Below are positions 1 through 10,037 of a stretch of DNA of 64,000 bases, one piece after another. How positions within the stretch are numbered: the first letter of the stretch is position 1; the number at the start of each line of letters is the position of its first letter. The stretch comes from a virus: positions 2,336 to 66,335 of IMG/VR virus record IMGVR_UViG_3300031251_000017, one strand, 5' to 3'. The translations under genes were made by a program, and so were the position numbers. The notes below the pieces were generated by a model. It saw only the letters and a list, made by a program, of their open reading frames with translations, searched no databases and was not told where the DNA came from.

Positions 1-2
1 GC

Positions 3-1673
3 CTCGATTGGCAGCGTCGGATTCTCGAAGGCGAGTCGCTTGTCCCGAAGCTCCCGCTCTTTAAGGACGAAGCCGGGCGCGCGCTGCGCGTCTTCAAGCG
101 TATGCACATGCCCGATGTTATCGGGACGCCGAGGAACGAAGACGCGGCTGGCCCTTGGCTGTTCCCGATCGTCGAAGCCATCTTCGGCTCTTACGATCCT
201 TCGACGAACCGTCGAGAGATTTCCGAATTCTTCGTGCTTGTCCCGAAGAAGAACGGCAAGACCTCGACGAGCGCGGCGATCATGGTCGCAGCGCTGATCT
301 TGAACCGTCGCCCACAAGGCGAATTCGTTCTCGTCGCACCGACAAAAGAGATCGCCGATATATCGTTCAATCAAGCGGCCGGGATTATCCGCTGCGACCC
401 GGAATTGCAGAAGCTGTTCCACTTGCAGCAACACGTTCGACAGATCAAACACCGCCGAACCGGCGCGACGCTCAAAGTCAAAGCGGCAGACACGGACGTT
501 ATCACCGGCGGAAAGCAAGTCGGAACCTTAATCGACGAGCTGCATGTCCTCGGCGCGAAGAAGAACGCCTCGCAAGTCCTTCTGGAGCTGCGCGGATCGC
601 TCGCCGCGCGCCCCGATGGTTTCTTGATAACGATCACGACGCAATCGAAGGAACCGCCGCAGGGCGTCTTTAAGACAGAACTTGCGAAGGCTCGCGCGGT
701 GCGCGACGGCGAAATGAAATTGCCGCTCTTGCCGGTCCTTTACGAACTGCCGCCCGAGATCGCAAAAGACAACGGGTGGAAGAACCCGAACATCTGGCAC
801 CTGATCAATCCGAACCTCGGACGATCGGTCGATGTCGCGTTCCTTGAGCGAGAAGTTCAGACCGCCGAGACGCAAGGCAAAGAGCAACTGGCGCTGATCG
901 CGTCGCAGCACTTTAACGTCGAAGTCGGTCTATCGCTCCACATGGATCGATGGGGCGGCACGGACTTTTGGGAAGACGCAACCGAGCCGGGCCTCTCGCT
1001 CGAAGACATTATGTCGCGTTGCGACGTAGTGACGTGCGGCGTGGACGGCGGCGGTAATGATGACCTTTACGGCTTCTGCGTGATCGGCCGCGAGCGAAGC
1101 ACGGAAGACGTTCGCTTCCGCCGCTGGCTCGTCTGGAACCACACTTGGGTCTCGAAGGCCGGCGCCGACAAGCGGAAGTCGGAGAACGCGAAATATGCCG
1201 ACTTCGTGAAGGCCGGCGAATTGACGATCGTCGATAACCTCGATGAGGCCGAGATCGCAATCGCGGACATTGTGGAGCGGCTCGATCGAGAGGGTCTTCT
1301 TCCCGACGACGCGATCGGGATCGACCAGATCGGGACGAAAATCCTGACCGACAAGCTCGAATGTATCGGGATCGGCAAGGAACGCCTCGCGGCGGTTCAG
1401 CAAGGGTTCCGAATGAACGGCGTCATCATCGACGTTGAGCGCCGACTCGAAAGCAAGACGCTGATTCACGGCGGTCAAGCGATTATGGCGTGGGCGGTCG
1501 GGAACGCGAAGGTCGAAACGCGGGGGAACGCGGTCCTGATAACGAAACAGATCAGCGGCCGCGCGAAAATCGACCCGCTTATGGCTCTACTCGATGCCGC
1601 GACCCTTATGGGCAACCACCCCGAAGCGACCGGGCGGTCGTTTTGGGACACCGACGAGGAAATCACGGCATGA
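3..1673 (+). CDS. terL: Terminase large subunit (5'-truncated by window edge)
   Basis: Frame is open from base 3 (LDWQRRILEGESLVP...). Walker A-like VPKKNGKT, Walker B TLIDELH, nuclease motif GVDGGGNDD and C-terminal KIDPLMA. Confidence 0.95.
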   Translation, partial: LDWQRRILEGESLVPKLPLFKDEAGRALRVFKRMHMPDVIGTPRNEDAAGPWLFPIVEAIFGSYDPSTNRREISEFFVLVPKKNGKTSTSAAIMVAALILNRRPQGEFVLVAPTKEIADISFNQAAGIIRCDPELQKLFHLQQHVRQIKHRRTGATLKVKAADTDVITGGKQVGTLIDELHVLGAKKNASQVLLELRGSLAARPDGFLITITTQSKEPPQGVFKTELAKARAVRDGEMKLPLLPVLYELPPEIAKDNGWKNPNIWHLINPNLGRSVDVAFLEREVQTAETQGKEQLALIASQHFNVEVGLSLHMDRWGGTDFWEDATEPGLSLEDIMSRCDVVTCGVDGGGNDDLYGFCVIGRERSTEDVRFRRWLVWNHTWVSKAGADKRKSENAKYADFVKAGELTIVDNLDEAEIAIADIVERLDREGLLPDDAIGIDQIGTKILTDKLECIGIGKERLAAVQQGFRMNGVIIDVERRLESKTLIHGGQAIMAWAVGNAKVETRGNAVLITKQISGRAKIDPLMALLDAATLMGNHPEATGRSFWDTDEEITA

Positions 1674-3133
1674 GTCTTTTTTCGTGGTTGAAAGGCTCTC
1701 CGAAAGCCGCGCCGGCGCCCGAGCCGCAGGTCTCGCAGCCGCAGAACATGGTCTTCGAGGAAGCCTTTTGGCGCGATCTCGCCATCGGGGCGAAGACAAC
1801 GGCCGGCGAGACGGTAAGCTGGACGACATCGCTCTCGAATCCGGCCGCGCTTCGTTGCGGTCTCGTCATTGCGGACGGCATTTCGACGGTTCCGCTCAAA
1901 TTGATGCGGAAAGACCCAAAGACCGGGCGTCGATCGGAAGCGACCGATCATCCGCTCTACTGGCTTTTTGCGCGCGCGCCGTCGCCGTTCCAGAACTCGC
2001 AAGAATTCCGCGAGTCGATGGCGCTGCATTGCGTCTTTACCGGGAACGCCTATGCGTTCATCAACCGAGTCGGCGGGAAGGTTCGGGAGCTTCTCCTGAT
2101 CCCGCCTCACGCCGTTTCTGTTGAGCAGAAGGCCGACTATTCGGTCGTCTATTCGGTGACGGGGATCGACGGCAAGGTCGAGGAATTCCCGGCCGAAACG
2201 ATTTGGCATCTTCGCGGGCCTTCGTGGAACGGTTTTACCGGTATCGACACGATCTTCCATCTTCGGAACGCGATTGGACTCGCGATGGCGACCGAGCGCG
2301 CGCACGCCGCGCGCTTTGTTAACGGAATCCAGACGACCGGCGTTTATACGGTGAAGACGCGCCTCGACGATGCTGGCTATAAGCGCCTCGCGGCGTGGGT
2401 AAAGTCGCATTTCATCGGCGGGGCGAACTCCGGCAAGCCGATCATCCTCGATAACGACGCGAGCTTCTCGCCGACAGATATGACCGGAGTCGACGCCGAG
2501 CATGTTGCGACGCGCGAGCATCAGATCGAGGAAATCTGCACCGGCTTTGGCGTTAAGCCGATTATGATCGGCCACGCCGACAAGTCAGCGACCTATGCGT
2601 CGGCCGAACAGATGTTCTTGGCTCACGCGGTCCATACGATTCGCCCTTGGCACCGGAGGATCGAGAACTCGCTCGAAGCCGCGCTTCTCTCGATCGACGA
2701 GGCGAAGCAGGGTTATTATTTTAAGTTCTTCGACACCGAACTCCTTCGCACCGACGCGACGACGCGCGCGACCTATCTCCGACAGATGGTCGAGATCGGC
2801 CTCACGCCGAACCAAGTCTGCGAATTCGAGGATATGGACGGATTCCCCGAGGGCGACGTTCACTTCCGCCCGGCGAACCTTGTCCCGATCACGAAGGAAA
2901 CGAACAACCCGCCCGCACCGGCCGCAAAGCCGGCTGCGGACCCGAACGCGCCGCCGGAAAGCCAGCCGGCTTCGCCCGATCAGACGGCCGCGAACGTCTT
3001 CCGCGTCAACGTTGGTCGAATCCTCTCTGCGCACAACGAAAACCTGATCCGCGACGCTTCCGGCAAGCTCTCCGAAGTCTTGTCGAAGCTCGACGCGCAG
3101 CAACCAGAAGAACCCGACGAGGGGGCGCAATGA
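1670..3133 (+). CDS. HK97-family portal protein
   Basis: ATGA overlap with terL. Motifs IADGISTVPLKL, GNAYAFI, IWHLRGPSWNG, ATYASAEQ and TPNQVCEFED. Confidence 0.95.
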   Translation: MSLFSWLKGSPKAAPAPEPQVSQPQNMVFEEAFWRDLAIGAKTTAGETVSWTTSLSNPAALRCGLVIADGISTVPLKLMRKDPKTGRRSEATDHPLYWLFARAPSPFQNSQEFRESMALHCVFTGNAYAFINRVGGKVRELLLIPPHAVSVEQKADYSVVYSVTGIDGKVEEFPAETIWHLRGPSWNGFTGIDTIFHLRNAIGLAMATERAHAARFVNGIQTTGVYTVKTRLDDAGYKRLAAWVKSHFIGGANSGKPIILDNDASFSPTDMTGVDAEHVATREHQIEEICTGFGVKPIMIGHADKSATYASAEQMFLAHAVHTIRPWHRRIENSLEAALLSIDEAKQGYYFKFFDTELLRTDATTRATYLRQMVEIGLTPNQVCEFEDMDGFPEGDVHFRPANLVPITKETNNPPAPAAKPAADPNAPPESQPASPDQTAANVFRVNVGRILSAHNENLIRDASGKLSEVLSKLDAQQPEEPDEGAQ

Positions 3134-4026
3134 AGAATCTTAAGCCGATGTTTTTTGATCTCGCCAAGTTCGGCGAGCCGATCAAGTGCGAGAAGTCGAA
3201 GGAGCCTTCGCGCCTCGCGCTCTCGACCGACACGGAATCCCCCGAGCTTATGATTTACGGCGACATCGGCGGCTGGTGGGACGGCCCCGACACGCTCGAA
3301 GTCGTCAAGGAACTCGCTTCGATCAGCGCCGACGAGATCAGCGTGCGGATCAACTCTCCGGGTGGGTCGGTCTTCGATGGCGTCGCGATCTATAATGCGC
3401 TCGCGATCCATTCCGCGAAGGTTAACGTGAAGATCGAGGGCGCGGCTTGTTCGATCGCCTCCGTGATCGCGATGGCCGGCGACGAGATTTCGATCGGCGC
3501 TGCCGCCGACATGATGATCCACAAGCCTTGGTCCTATGTCCAAGGCGACGCGGAAGCGATGCGGAAAGAAGCCGAGATTCTCGACATGCTCGAAGGCGGT
3601 CTCGTCGATATTTACGCCGCCCGCACCGGGAACGATCCGAAGGAGATCGGGAAGATGCTCGCCGCCGAAACTTGGTTTCGCGGTCAGGCTGCGGTCGACG
3701 CCGGCTTCGCCGATGTCTGCGTTCCAGCGAAGAAGAAGGCGCAAGCCGCGCGCTCGCAGATTTACGCGCTTTTCAAAAATGCGCCGGCTGAACTTGCCGC
3801 GCTGGCCGACGACGACGACATCCCCGGCGTTCGTCAATTCGAACAGTTTCTTCGCAACGCGATCGGCATGAGCGCCGACCATGCGAAGGCCGTGGCTTCG
3901 GCTGCAAAGAAATTCGCACCGGTGCGAGAGGCGCCGGCGATAGCAGATCGCGACGATCCTGCGCCCACTGTGGATGCAAGCGACCTATGGAAGCTCGCGA
4001 ACCACATTCGCAAATTGAGCAAGTAA
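3130..4026 (+). CDS. ClpP-like (S14) prohead protease
   Basis: INSPGGSVFDG, GAACSIASVIAMAGD, MMIHKPW and ETWF motifs; lies between portal and capsid. Confidence 0.95.
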   Translation: MKNLKPMFFDLAKFGEPIKCEKSKEPSRLALSTDTESPELMIYGDIGGWWDGPDTLEVVKELASISADEISVRINSPGGSVFDGVAIYNALAIHSAKVNVKIEGAACSIASVIAMAGDEISIGAAADMMIHKPWSYVQGDAEAMRKEAEILDMLEGGLVDIYAARTGNDPKEIGKMLAAETWFRGQAAVDAGFADVCVPAKKKAQAARSQIYALFKNAPAELAALADDDDIPGVRQFEQFLRNAIGMSADHAKAVASAAKKFAPVREAPAIADRDDPAPTVDASDLWKLANHIRKLSK

Positions 4027-4037
4027 GGAGCCATAAG

Positions 4038-5276
4038 ATGGCCGACGAAATTGACAACCCCGTCAAAGGGGTGATGGTCGCCTTCGAGGAATTCAAGGCG
4101 GCGAACGACGAGAACCTTCGCAAGCGCGATGTCGTCATCGAGGAAAAGGTCGCTCGGATTAACAACACCCTCGACCGCTTCGAGGATATGAACAAGAAGC
4201 TCGTCGACTCCGAGAATGCCACGAAGGCGCTTCAGGAGAATTTTGATCGCCTTGAGACGGTGCTGAACCGTAAGGCGTTCAATAAGGGTGGCGATCTCCC
4301 CGAGGCGACGAAGGATGAAGCGGAATATCGCGACGCCTTCCGCCGCGCGATCCGCAAGCCCGAAGGCGAGCGCCGTCCCGAGGACTCCGCGCTTCTTCAC
4401 AAGCGCAAGGCCGCGCTCATCAAGGGCGACGACACCGCTGCGGGCTATCTGCTGGCCCCGGCCGAGATGGAAGCCGCGATCATCAAGGATGTGGTCGAGA
4501 TTTCCCCGATCCGTGGTCTCGCGTCGGTTCGCGCGATCGGTTCGGCGACCCTCAAGATGCCGAAGCGCACCGGCACGGCCGGCGCTGCGACGCGCGTCGG
4601 CGAACAGACGACTCGCGCAAACACGGGCGATCCGGCTTATGGCATGATCGAGATTCCGGCGCCGGAAATGTTCGCTCGCGCGGAGATTTCGGCCCAGATG
4701 ATCGAGGACTCGGCCTATGACCTCGAAAAGGAGCTTCGCGGCGAATTCGCCGAGCAGTTCGCCCTCAAGGAAGGCATCGAGTTCGTTTCCGGCACCGGCG
4801 TAAACAATCAGGCCGAGGGTCTTCTGACGAACTCGGGCGTCGGTTCGGTTGCGGCCGGCTCGACCACGAACATCACGGCCGATGGTCTGATCGCGCTCTA
4901 CTATGCGCCGAAGACCGTCTATCTCGCGGGTTCGTCCTTCATCCTCAATCGCGCTTCGATCCGCGAGGTTCGTAAGCTCAAGGATGGTGAGGGTGGCTAC
5001 CTGTGGACGCCGGGAATTCCGGGCGCTGTTCCGAATACGATCCTCGGCGCGGGTTACACCGAAGTCCCGGCGATGCCGGACATCGCTTCGGGCGCTTTCC
5101 CGGTCATGTTCGGCAACTATGCGCGCGGCTATGTGATCGTCGATCGCGTCGCCATTCAGGTGCAGGTCGACTACATCACCGGCGCCGACTCCGGCATCGT
5201 CGTGTTCCGCGCTCGCAAGCGCGTCGGCGGCGGCGTTCGTCAGGCGGATTGCCTCAAGAAGCTGGTCATCTCGTAA
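4038..5276 (+). CDS. HK97-fold major capsid protein
   Basis: SD AAGGAG. N-terminal coiled-coil delta domain, GYLLAP, LKDGEGGYLW, ILG and FRARKRVGGGV motifs. Confidence 0.95.
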   Translation: MADEIDNPVKGVMVAFEEFKAANDENLRKRDVVIEEKVARINNTLDRFEDMNKKLVDSENATKALQENFDRLETVLNRKAFNKGGDLPEATKDEAEYRDAFRRAIRKPEGERRPEDSALLHKRKAALIKGDDTAAGYLLAPAEMEAAIIKDVVEISPIRGLASVRAIGSATLKMPKRTGTAGAATRVGEQTTRANTGDPAYGMIEIPAPEMFARAEISAQMIEDSAYDLEKELRGEFAEQFALKEGIEFVSGTGVNNQAEGLLTNSGVGSVAAGSTTNITADGLIALYYAPKTVYLAGSSFILNRASIREVRKLKDGEGGYLWTPGIPGAVPNTILGAGYTEVPAMPDIASGAFPVMFGNYARGYVIVDRVAIQVQVDYITGADSGIVVFRARKRVGGGVRQADCLKKLVIS

Positions 5277-5353
5277 GAGCCACCCGATAAGCGACGGCGC
5301 GCGCGCGACGCGCGCCGTTTTCCCCGTCCTTCAAATTCAAAAAGGAGTGGAAG

Positions 5354-5782
5354 ATGGCCTTCCGCGATCTTCACCACAATATCCATGTCGCGCGCGGCAT
5401 TTCGCCCGCCGCCGCGACGACCGACAACACCGCGTGGGTGTCGCAGATCGTCGACACGCAGGGTTACGACTCGGTCGAGTTCCTCGCGCTGATCGGCAAT
5501 CTCGCCGACGCCGATGCGACCTTCGCGGTCCTCGTCGAAGACGGCAACGCTGCGAACCTCTCGGACGCCGCGACTGTCGCCTCGAAGTTCCTTCTCGGCG
5601 GCACCGCGAACGCGAATTTCGTCTTCTCTGACGACGATAAGGTTCGCAAGATCGGCTATATCGGCGACAAGCGTTATGTTCGCGTGACGATCACCCCCGC
5701 GAACAACACCGGCAACGCCTTTGTGGCCGGCGTGTGGGTGCTTGGCCATCCCCGCTCGATGCCGACCCCGAACGTCCCGTAA
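5354..5782 (+). CDS. Putative head decoration/structural protein
   Basis: SD AGGAG; directly after MCP; beta-rich, with DTQGYDSVEF and GYIGDKRYVRV motifs common in post-capsid genes. Confidence 0.7.
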   Translation: MAFRDLHHNIHVARGISPAAATTDNTAWVSQIVDTQGYDSVEFLALIGNLADADATFAVLVEDGNAANLSDAATVASKFLLGGTANANFVFSDDDKVRKIGYIGDKRYVRVTITPANNTGNAFVAGVWVLGHPRSMPTPNVP

Positions 5783-5797
5783 GGGCAGACTGATAAC

Positions 5798-5826
5798 GCC
5801 CCGGCGGGTCTTCCGCCGGGGCTTTT
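5798..5826 (+). terminator. Intrinsic terminator
   Basis: gccccggcgg-gtctt-ccgccggggc followed by TTTT. Confidence 0.7.
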
Positions 5827-5840
5827 CATAGGGGAACGCA

Positions 5841-6302
5841 ATGCGCGGCACCGTTTTGAGAGATTTCCACTATTCGCACGACGGTATTCGGTCGGAGCGA
5901 CTTCTTGCGGGCGACGAGCATGTCTTCCGCCCCGAGCTATTCGACGGCCTTGTCCGAGACGGCCTCATCAAGGCCCCGAAGGTCGAAAAATCCCGCAAGG
6001 GATCGCCGGAACCGGCCCCCGTATCGACGAAAGAGGTCGAGGGCGACAATCCTCCCTCTAAACCGGAAACGCCCACCAGCGACGCCCCTGCGGGGGAAGG
6101 AAGCGAGGAAGTCGTGACCGATCCGCTCGACACTCTCGCCGCGCTCGAAGAAGTCGAGGACGCGGGAGACGAGAATCCGCTCGTCGTGCGGCATGTCTCG
6201 CGCGGCAAGTATGACGTTTTCCGGGGTTCTGTGAGGATCACGAACGATCTCACAACCAAGGAAGAAGCCGAGGCGAAGCGAGCCGCGCTGGCCGGCGCCT
6301 AA
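5841..6302 (+). CDS. Hypothetical protein (head-tail region)
   Basis: SD GGGG; co-oriented ORF with a low-complexity middle. Confidence 0.65.
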   Translation: MRGTVLRDFHYSHDGIRSERLLAGDEHVFRPELFDGLVRDGLIKAPKVEKSRKGSPEPAPVSTKEVEGDNPPSKPETPTSDAPAGEGSEEVVTDPLDTLAALEEVEDAGDENPLVVRHVSRGKYDVFRGSVRITNDLTTKEEAEAKRAALAGA

Positions 6303-6332
6303 TCAAAAACCAAGTGAAAAAGGAGCCGGGCA

Positions 6333-6740
6333 ATGGCTGATGGAACTTATCAGACGAAAGTCTACACGAAACAGGGCGGCGACGAACTTCATGTCGCGGC
6401 CGGCGGCAAGATCCAGCACGAAGGACAGGTCTCGGTCACGCAGTCGACCTCGATCGCCACCGCCGTCACCGCTAACGCGCTGTCGGGCCAGATCACGACC
6501 GTCTCGCAGACGATCGCGGCCGGCGCCGAAGCGACCTTCGTCGTCAATAACTCGCTTGTGGAAGCCACGGACGTTGTGGTCGTCTGCATCGCGACCCACA
6601 CTTCCGCCGGCAACTTCGAGGCGTCTGTTCGCGCGGTCGCGGCGGGTCAGTTCACGATCCAGTTGACGAACCTCGACGCGTCGGTCGCCGGCAATAACGT
6701 GCTGGTGCTCAACTTCCACGTCATCAAAACGAAGGCTTAA
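6333..6740 (+). CDS. Putative virion structural protein
   Basis: SD AGGAG; YQTKVYTKQGGDEL N-terminus; beta-rich. Confidence 0.65.
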   Translation: MADGTYQTKVYTKQGGDELHVAAGGKIQHEGQVSVTQSTSIATAVTANALSGQITTVSQTIAAGAEATFVVNNSLVEATDVVVVCIATHTSAGNFEASVRAVAAGQFTIQLTNLDASVAGNNVLVLNFHVIKTKA

Positions 6741-6744
6741 TCGA

Positions 6745-7119
6745 ATGTCCTTCGTCCGCAGAATCCCCGTCCCGGTCGTCTGCGACGGCTCCGGGAACGC
6801 GACGGTTTACTCGGACCCGATCAGCGCCGGTCAGATTTCGCATATCGTCTACCAGAAGGGGACGATGGGCGCGACGCCGACCTTCACGCTGACGGCCGAG
6901 GCGACGGGCGAGACCATCTGGTCGGAGTCCAACGTCGCCGCTAACGCTGTGCGCGCCCCGCGACAGCCGACGCACAACTCTGCTGGCGCCGCCGCGCTAT
7001 TCGCGGCGGGCGGCACCGGCGTGAACGACAAGATCGCCCTCGCCAATGATCGCGTGAAGATCGTGATCAGCGGCGGCGGCGCGGGCGGCACCGCCACCTT
7101 CCACATCGTTCTCGTCTAA
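6745..7119 (+). CDS. Putative virion structural protein
   Basis: Tightly packed ORF in the morphogenesis operon; beta-rich. Confidence 0.6.
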   Translation: MSFVRRIPVPVVCDGSGNATVYSDPISAGQISHIVYQKGTMGATPTFTLTAEATGETIWSESNVAANAVRAPRQPTHNSAGAAALFAAGGTGVNDKIALANDRVKIVISGGGAGGTATFHIVLV

Positions 7120-7130
7120 AGGGGCGGCGC

Positions 7131-7814
7131 ATGTTCTCGATCACGGTCCCGGCGTCCTCGCGGGCGCTTCTCTCCCTCGCGGAAATCAAGGCTGCGGTGG
7201 GCGAGACCGGATCGACGAACGATGCCGCCCTAACGGCGCTCGGGGCGCAACTCTCCGACGCTATCGTTCTGGCCTGCGGCGTCCCGTCCGATGGCGTGAC
7301 GCCGCCGACCCTATTGCGCGAGACGATCGTCGAGACGGTTCGGCATGTCTCGCACTTCTCGGCGTGGGGTTTCCCGAATAATGGGCAGCGCCACGGCGAT
7401 ATGATCGACGATCGCCTCGATGGCCTTCTTCTCTCGCGGCGCTTCGTCTCCTCCGTGGACTCCGTAATCGTCAACGGCGACACGCTTGACCCCTCGGCCT
7501 ATGAGATCGACCGATCGCCCGCGATCCTTCGCTCGATCTCGTCGTCTTCCGGCGGATATTCGCAATGGCCGAGCGGAGTCTCGGTCGTGACCTATCAGGC
7601 CGGCTTTGTAACGCCTCCCGAGCCGTTGAAGCTCGCCGCGACGCTTCTGATTCGCGAGGCGTGGGCGATTATGAAGGCCGATCCGCTGGTTCGCGGCGAG
7701 ACCTTCGAGGGCCTCGGCGCGGTTCAATACGGACTCGGCTCGCTCATGTCGCAGAACGGCGGTATGCCGCCGGGGATCGCCGACATCATCGCGACCTATA
7801 GGCACTCGATCTAA
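7131..7814 (+). CDS. Head-tail adaptor (gp6/gp15-like)
   Basis: LLSLAEIKAAVG N-terminus and VTYQAGF..PEPLKLAA motif; position. Confidence 0.8.
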   Translation: MFSITVPASSRALLSLAEIKAAVGETGSTNDAALTALGAQLSDAIVLACGVPSDGVTPPTLLRETIVETVRHVSHFSAWGFPNNGQRHGDMIDDRLDGLLLSRRFVSSVDSVIVNGDTLDPSAYEIDRSPAILRSISSSSGGYSQWPSGVSVVTYQAGFVTPPEPLKLAATLLIREAWAIMKADPLVRGETFEGLGAVQYGLGSLMSQNGGMPPGIADIIATYRHSI

Positions 7815-8167
7815 TGGGAGCGCGCGAATCCTACGCGGCGATGCTTACTCGCCGATACGCTCGCTTCGGCGCGGACGCGACCTTCACAAGCCCGGCGACG
7901 AAGCAGCCGGCAACCCTTCGCGTGATCGACCTATCGAAGACGAAGATGGCCGGGAGCGACTTCACGCAAGTCCCGACGATCTTCCCGACCGTTACGGCGC
8001 GAGCCGACGACATCATCGCGCTCGGCTTCGATCCGGCCGATCTCGTCGGAACGGCGATCACTTACAACGGCGAGGAATGGGTTGTCGTGACCTATCAACG
8101 GCACCCCGGCGTCTTCGATCCGGCGCTCGATCAGTTCTATTTTACCCTTGAGGCCCCGACACAATGA
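7814..8167 (+). CDS. Putative head closure/head-tail joining protein
   Basis: TAATG coupling; size and position after the adaptor. Confidence 0.6.
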   Translation: MGARESYAAMLTRRYARFGADATFTSPATKQPATLRVIDLSKTKMAGSDFTQVPTIFPTVTARADDIIALGFDPADLVGTAITYNGEEWVVVTYQRHPGVFDPALDQFYFTLEAPTQ

Positions 8168-8622
8168 TCGACCGTCGAGAAGGAATCATCGCGCGCCTCG
8201 TCGAGCTAATGGATTCGGTCGATGGCGTCGAAGTCGTTTACCGGAACAACCCGAACCCGAACGAAGGCAAGATGCCGGCGATCGTCGTCTTCGACGCCGA
8301 CGAGGAACAGAGTCCGGTTCCTGAGAATATGAGGAACAAGGGGGCGACCGCTCCTGTCTTCCTGACGATGAAGCCGGAAATCTTCATCGTGCTTTCCGAT
8401 CGCGCGGCGAACGCCGGATCGCGATTGAACGAACTTCGCGCTCGCGTCCTCAAGGCGATTGCAAACGATCAGACGCTCGTCGATCTCGCGACGACGAACG
8501 GCCGGATCAATCTTCACTCGACCCGAACCGGCTTCGCGGTCGGGCGGTCTCTCGCGGCGGAAATGAAGATCGAGATCGGCTTCACTTATCCGCTTCTCTT
8601 TTCGGACCTAGCGGACGCTTAA
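8164..8622 (+). CDS. Putative tail terminator/completion protein
   Basis: REGIIARL...PAIVVFDADEE; directly before the major tail gene. Confidence 0.6.
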   Translation: MIDRREGIIARLVELMDSVDGVEVVYRNNPNPNEGKMPAIVVFDADEEQSPVPENMRNKGATAPVFLTMKPEIFIVLSDRAANAGSRLNELRARVLKAIANDQTLVDLATTNGRINLHSTRTGFAVGRSLAAEMKIEIGFTYPLLFSDLADA

Positions 8623-8727
8623 CGAATTCGGCCGCGCCTCGCGCTCGCCGTAGCCAGAAACGACCCTTCGGCAAGGTCGCCCAGCCCGTCGTGATGACGC
8701 GCTAATCCCTCAGATGGAGCCTCTATC

Positions 8728-9393
8728 ATGTTGCACGACGTTGGAAACTATCAGGTCGGCAAGGGCATTGCCTACTTCCGCAAGTGGACAAGCGCCCCGC
8801 AGAAATGGGTCGCTGGCATGACCGTTTCGCCCGGCGCTTACGTCGACAACGGCGATTACCTGTGGACGACCGCGAGCGGCGGAACGGCGACCGGCGCGGG
8901 CGTCGGCCCGACCGGAGTGACCGGAACTTTCACGGACGGCACCATCGTTTGGTCCGCTGTTACGTGGGACGATCTCGGCAACTGCCCGAAATTCAGCTTC
9001 AAGCCCGAACTTGAAACGCTTGAGCACTTCTCGTCTCGCGGCGGCGTCAAGACGCGCGACCAGAAGATCGTCACCGCGCTCAAGGGTTCGCTGACCGTTG
9101 AACTCGACGAGATCACGGCCGAGAACCTGACCTTCGCGCTTCTCGGCTCGATCACCGGCGCCACCGGCTCGCGCGTCGTGCAGGTGTTCGCGAACTCGCA
9201 GGTGACCGGAGAAGTCAAGCTCGTTCAGGCGAACGCGGTCGGCAAGCGTTTCCAGCTAAAGTTCGGCTCGGTGCAAATCTTCCCCGATCAAGAGATCAGC
9301 TTCATCGGCGACGACTACGGCGTCATTCAGACCACGATCGAGGTCAATCTCGACGCTCAGGGTGTGTTCTGGACGGCGACCGAAATTCCGTAA
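8728..9393 (+). CDS. Major tail (tube) protein with inserted small Trp-containing module
   Basis: NYQVGKGIAYF, DLGNCPKFSF, LEHFSSRGG and LDEITAENL motifs; SD GGAG. Confidence 0.85.
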   Translation: MLHDVGNYQVGKGIAYFRKWTSAPQKWVAGMTVSPGAYVDNGDYLWTTASGGTATGAGVGPTGVTGTFTDGTIVWSAVTWDDLGNCPKFSFKPELETLEHFSSRGGVKTRDQKIVTALKGSLTVELDEITAENLTFALLGSITGATGSRVVQVFANSQVTGEVKLVQANAVGKRFQLKFGSVQIFPDQEISFIGDDYGVIQTTIEVNLDAQGVFWTATEIP

Positions 9394-9408
9394 GAGAAAG
9401 GGTGAGTC

Positions 9409-9828
9409 ATGTCGGGAATTGTGGATATTGTTCTGCCTAAGCGGTCTGTGACGCTTTACGGCGTCGAGATCGAGATCACCGGAGTCAAAAACAAGGCGAT
9501 CGGTGAACTTTGGGATCGCTTCCCGCAGATTTCCGACATGGCCGAAGCCGGCAAATTCGGGTTGAAGGAGCTTCTCTCCCTCGACGAGGAAGTGGTGGCG
9601 GCGTTCATCGCCGCCGGCACAGGAAGGCCGGGCGATCCGATCGCCGAGGCTTTCGCGCGCGAGCTTCCGCTCGGCGATCAAGCCGAATTGATCGCGGCAA
9701 TCCTAGAAAGGACGCTCCCGCGAAGCTCCGGCCCTTTCGTCGAAAGCTGGCTCCAGATTCTCACGCTACTTGGGATGATACGCCCGGCGCAAAAGAACGC
9801 TGGCGCTGGCGCCGCAACTGGGAACTAG
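9409..9828 (+). CDS. Tail assembly chaperone (gpG-like)
   Basis: Between the tube gene and TMP; LPLGDQAELIAAILERT. Confidence 0.75.
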   Translation: MSGIVDIVLPKRSVTLYGVEIEITGVKNKAIGELWDRFPQISDMAEAGKFGLKELLSLDEEVVAAFIAAGTGRPGDPIAEAFARELPLGDQAELIAAILERTLPRSSGPFVESWLQILTLLGMIRPAQKNAGAGAATGN

Positions 9829-10037
9829 CCCACGCGATCGACGCACTCGTTGGCGCGAACTACTCCCTCGCGGAAATCCTCGACTTCACGCCGCGTCAAA
9901 CACACGCGGCGCTCCATCACGCACAGATACGGGAGAAGAAGCATCTCGCCGACTTGGCGAAGATCGTCTTCGCCGGGTCGAAGTGCGACCAGCGCGGTCT
10001 TGAACGATTCACGGATGGATTGACGCGCGATGGGTGA
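9790..10037 (+). CDS. gpT-like extension of tail chaperone, probably reached by -1 frameshift
   Basis: The -1 frame is open across the gpG stop (ELAHAIDALVGANYSLAEILDFTPRQ) and has no usable start codon of its own; start is approximate. Confidence 0.55.
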
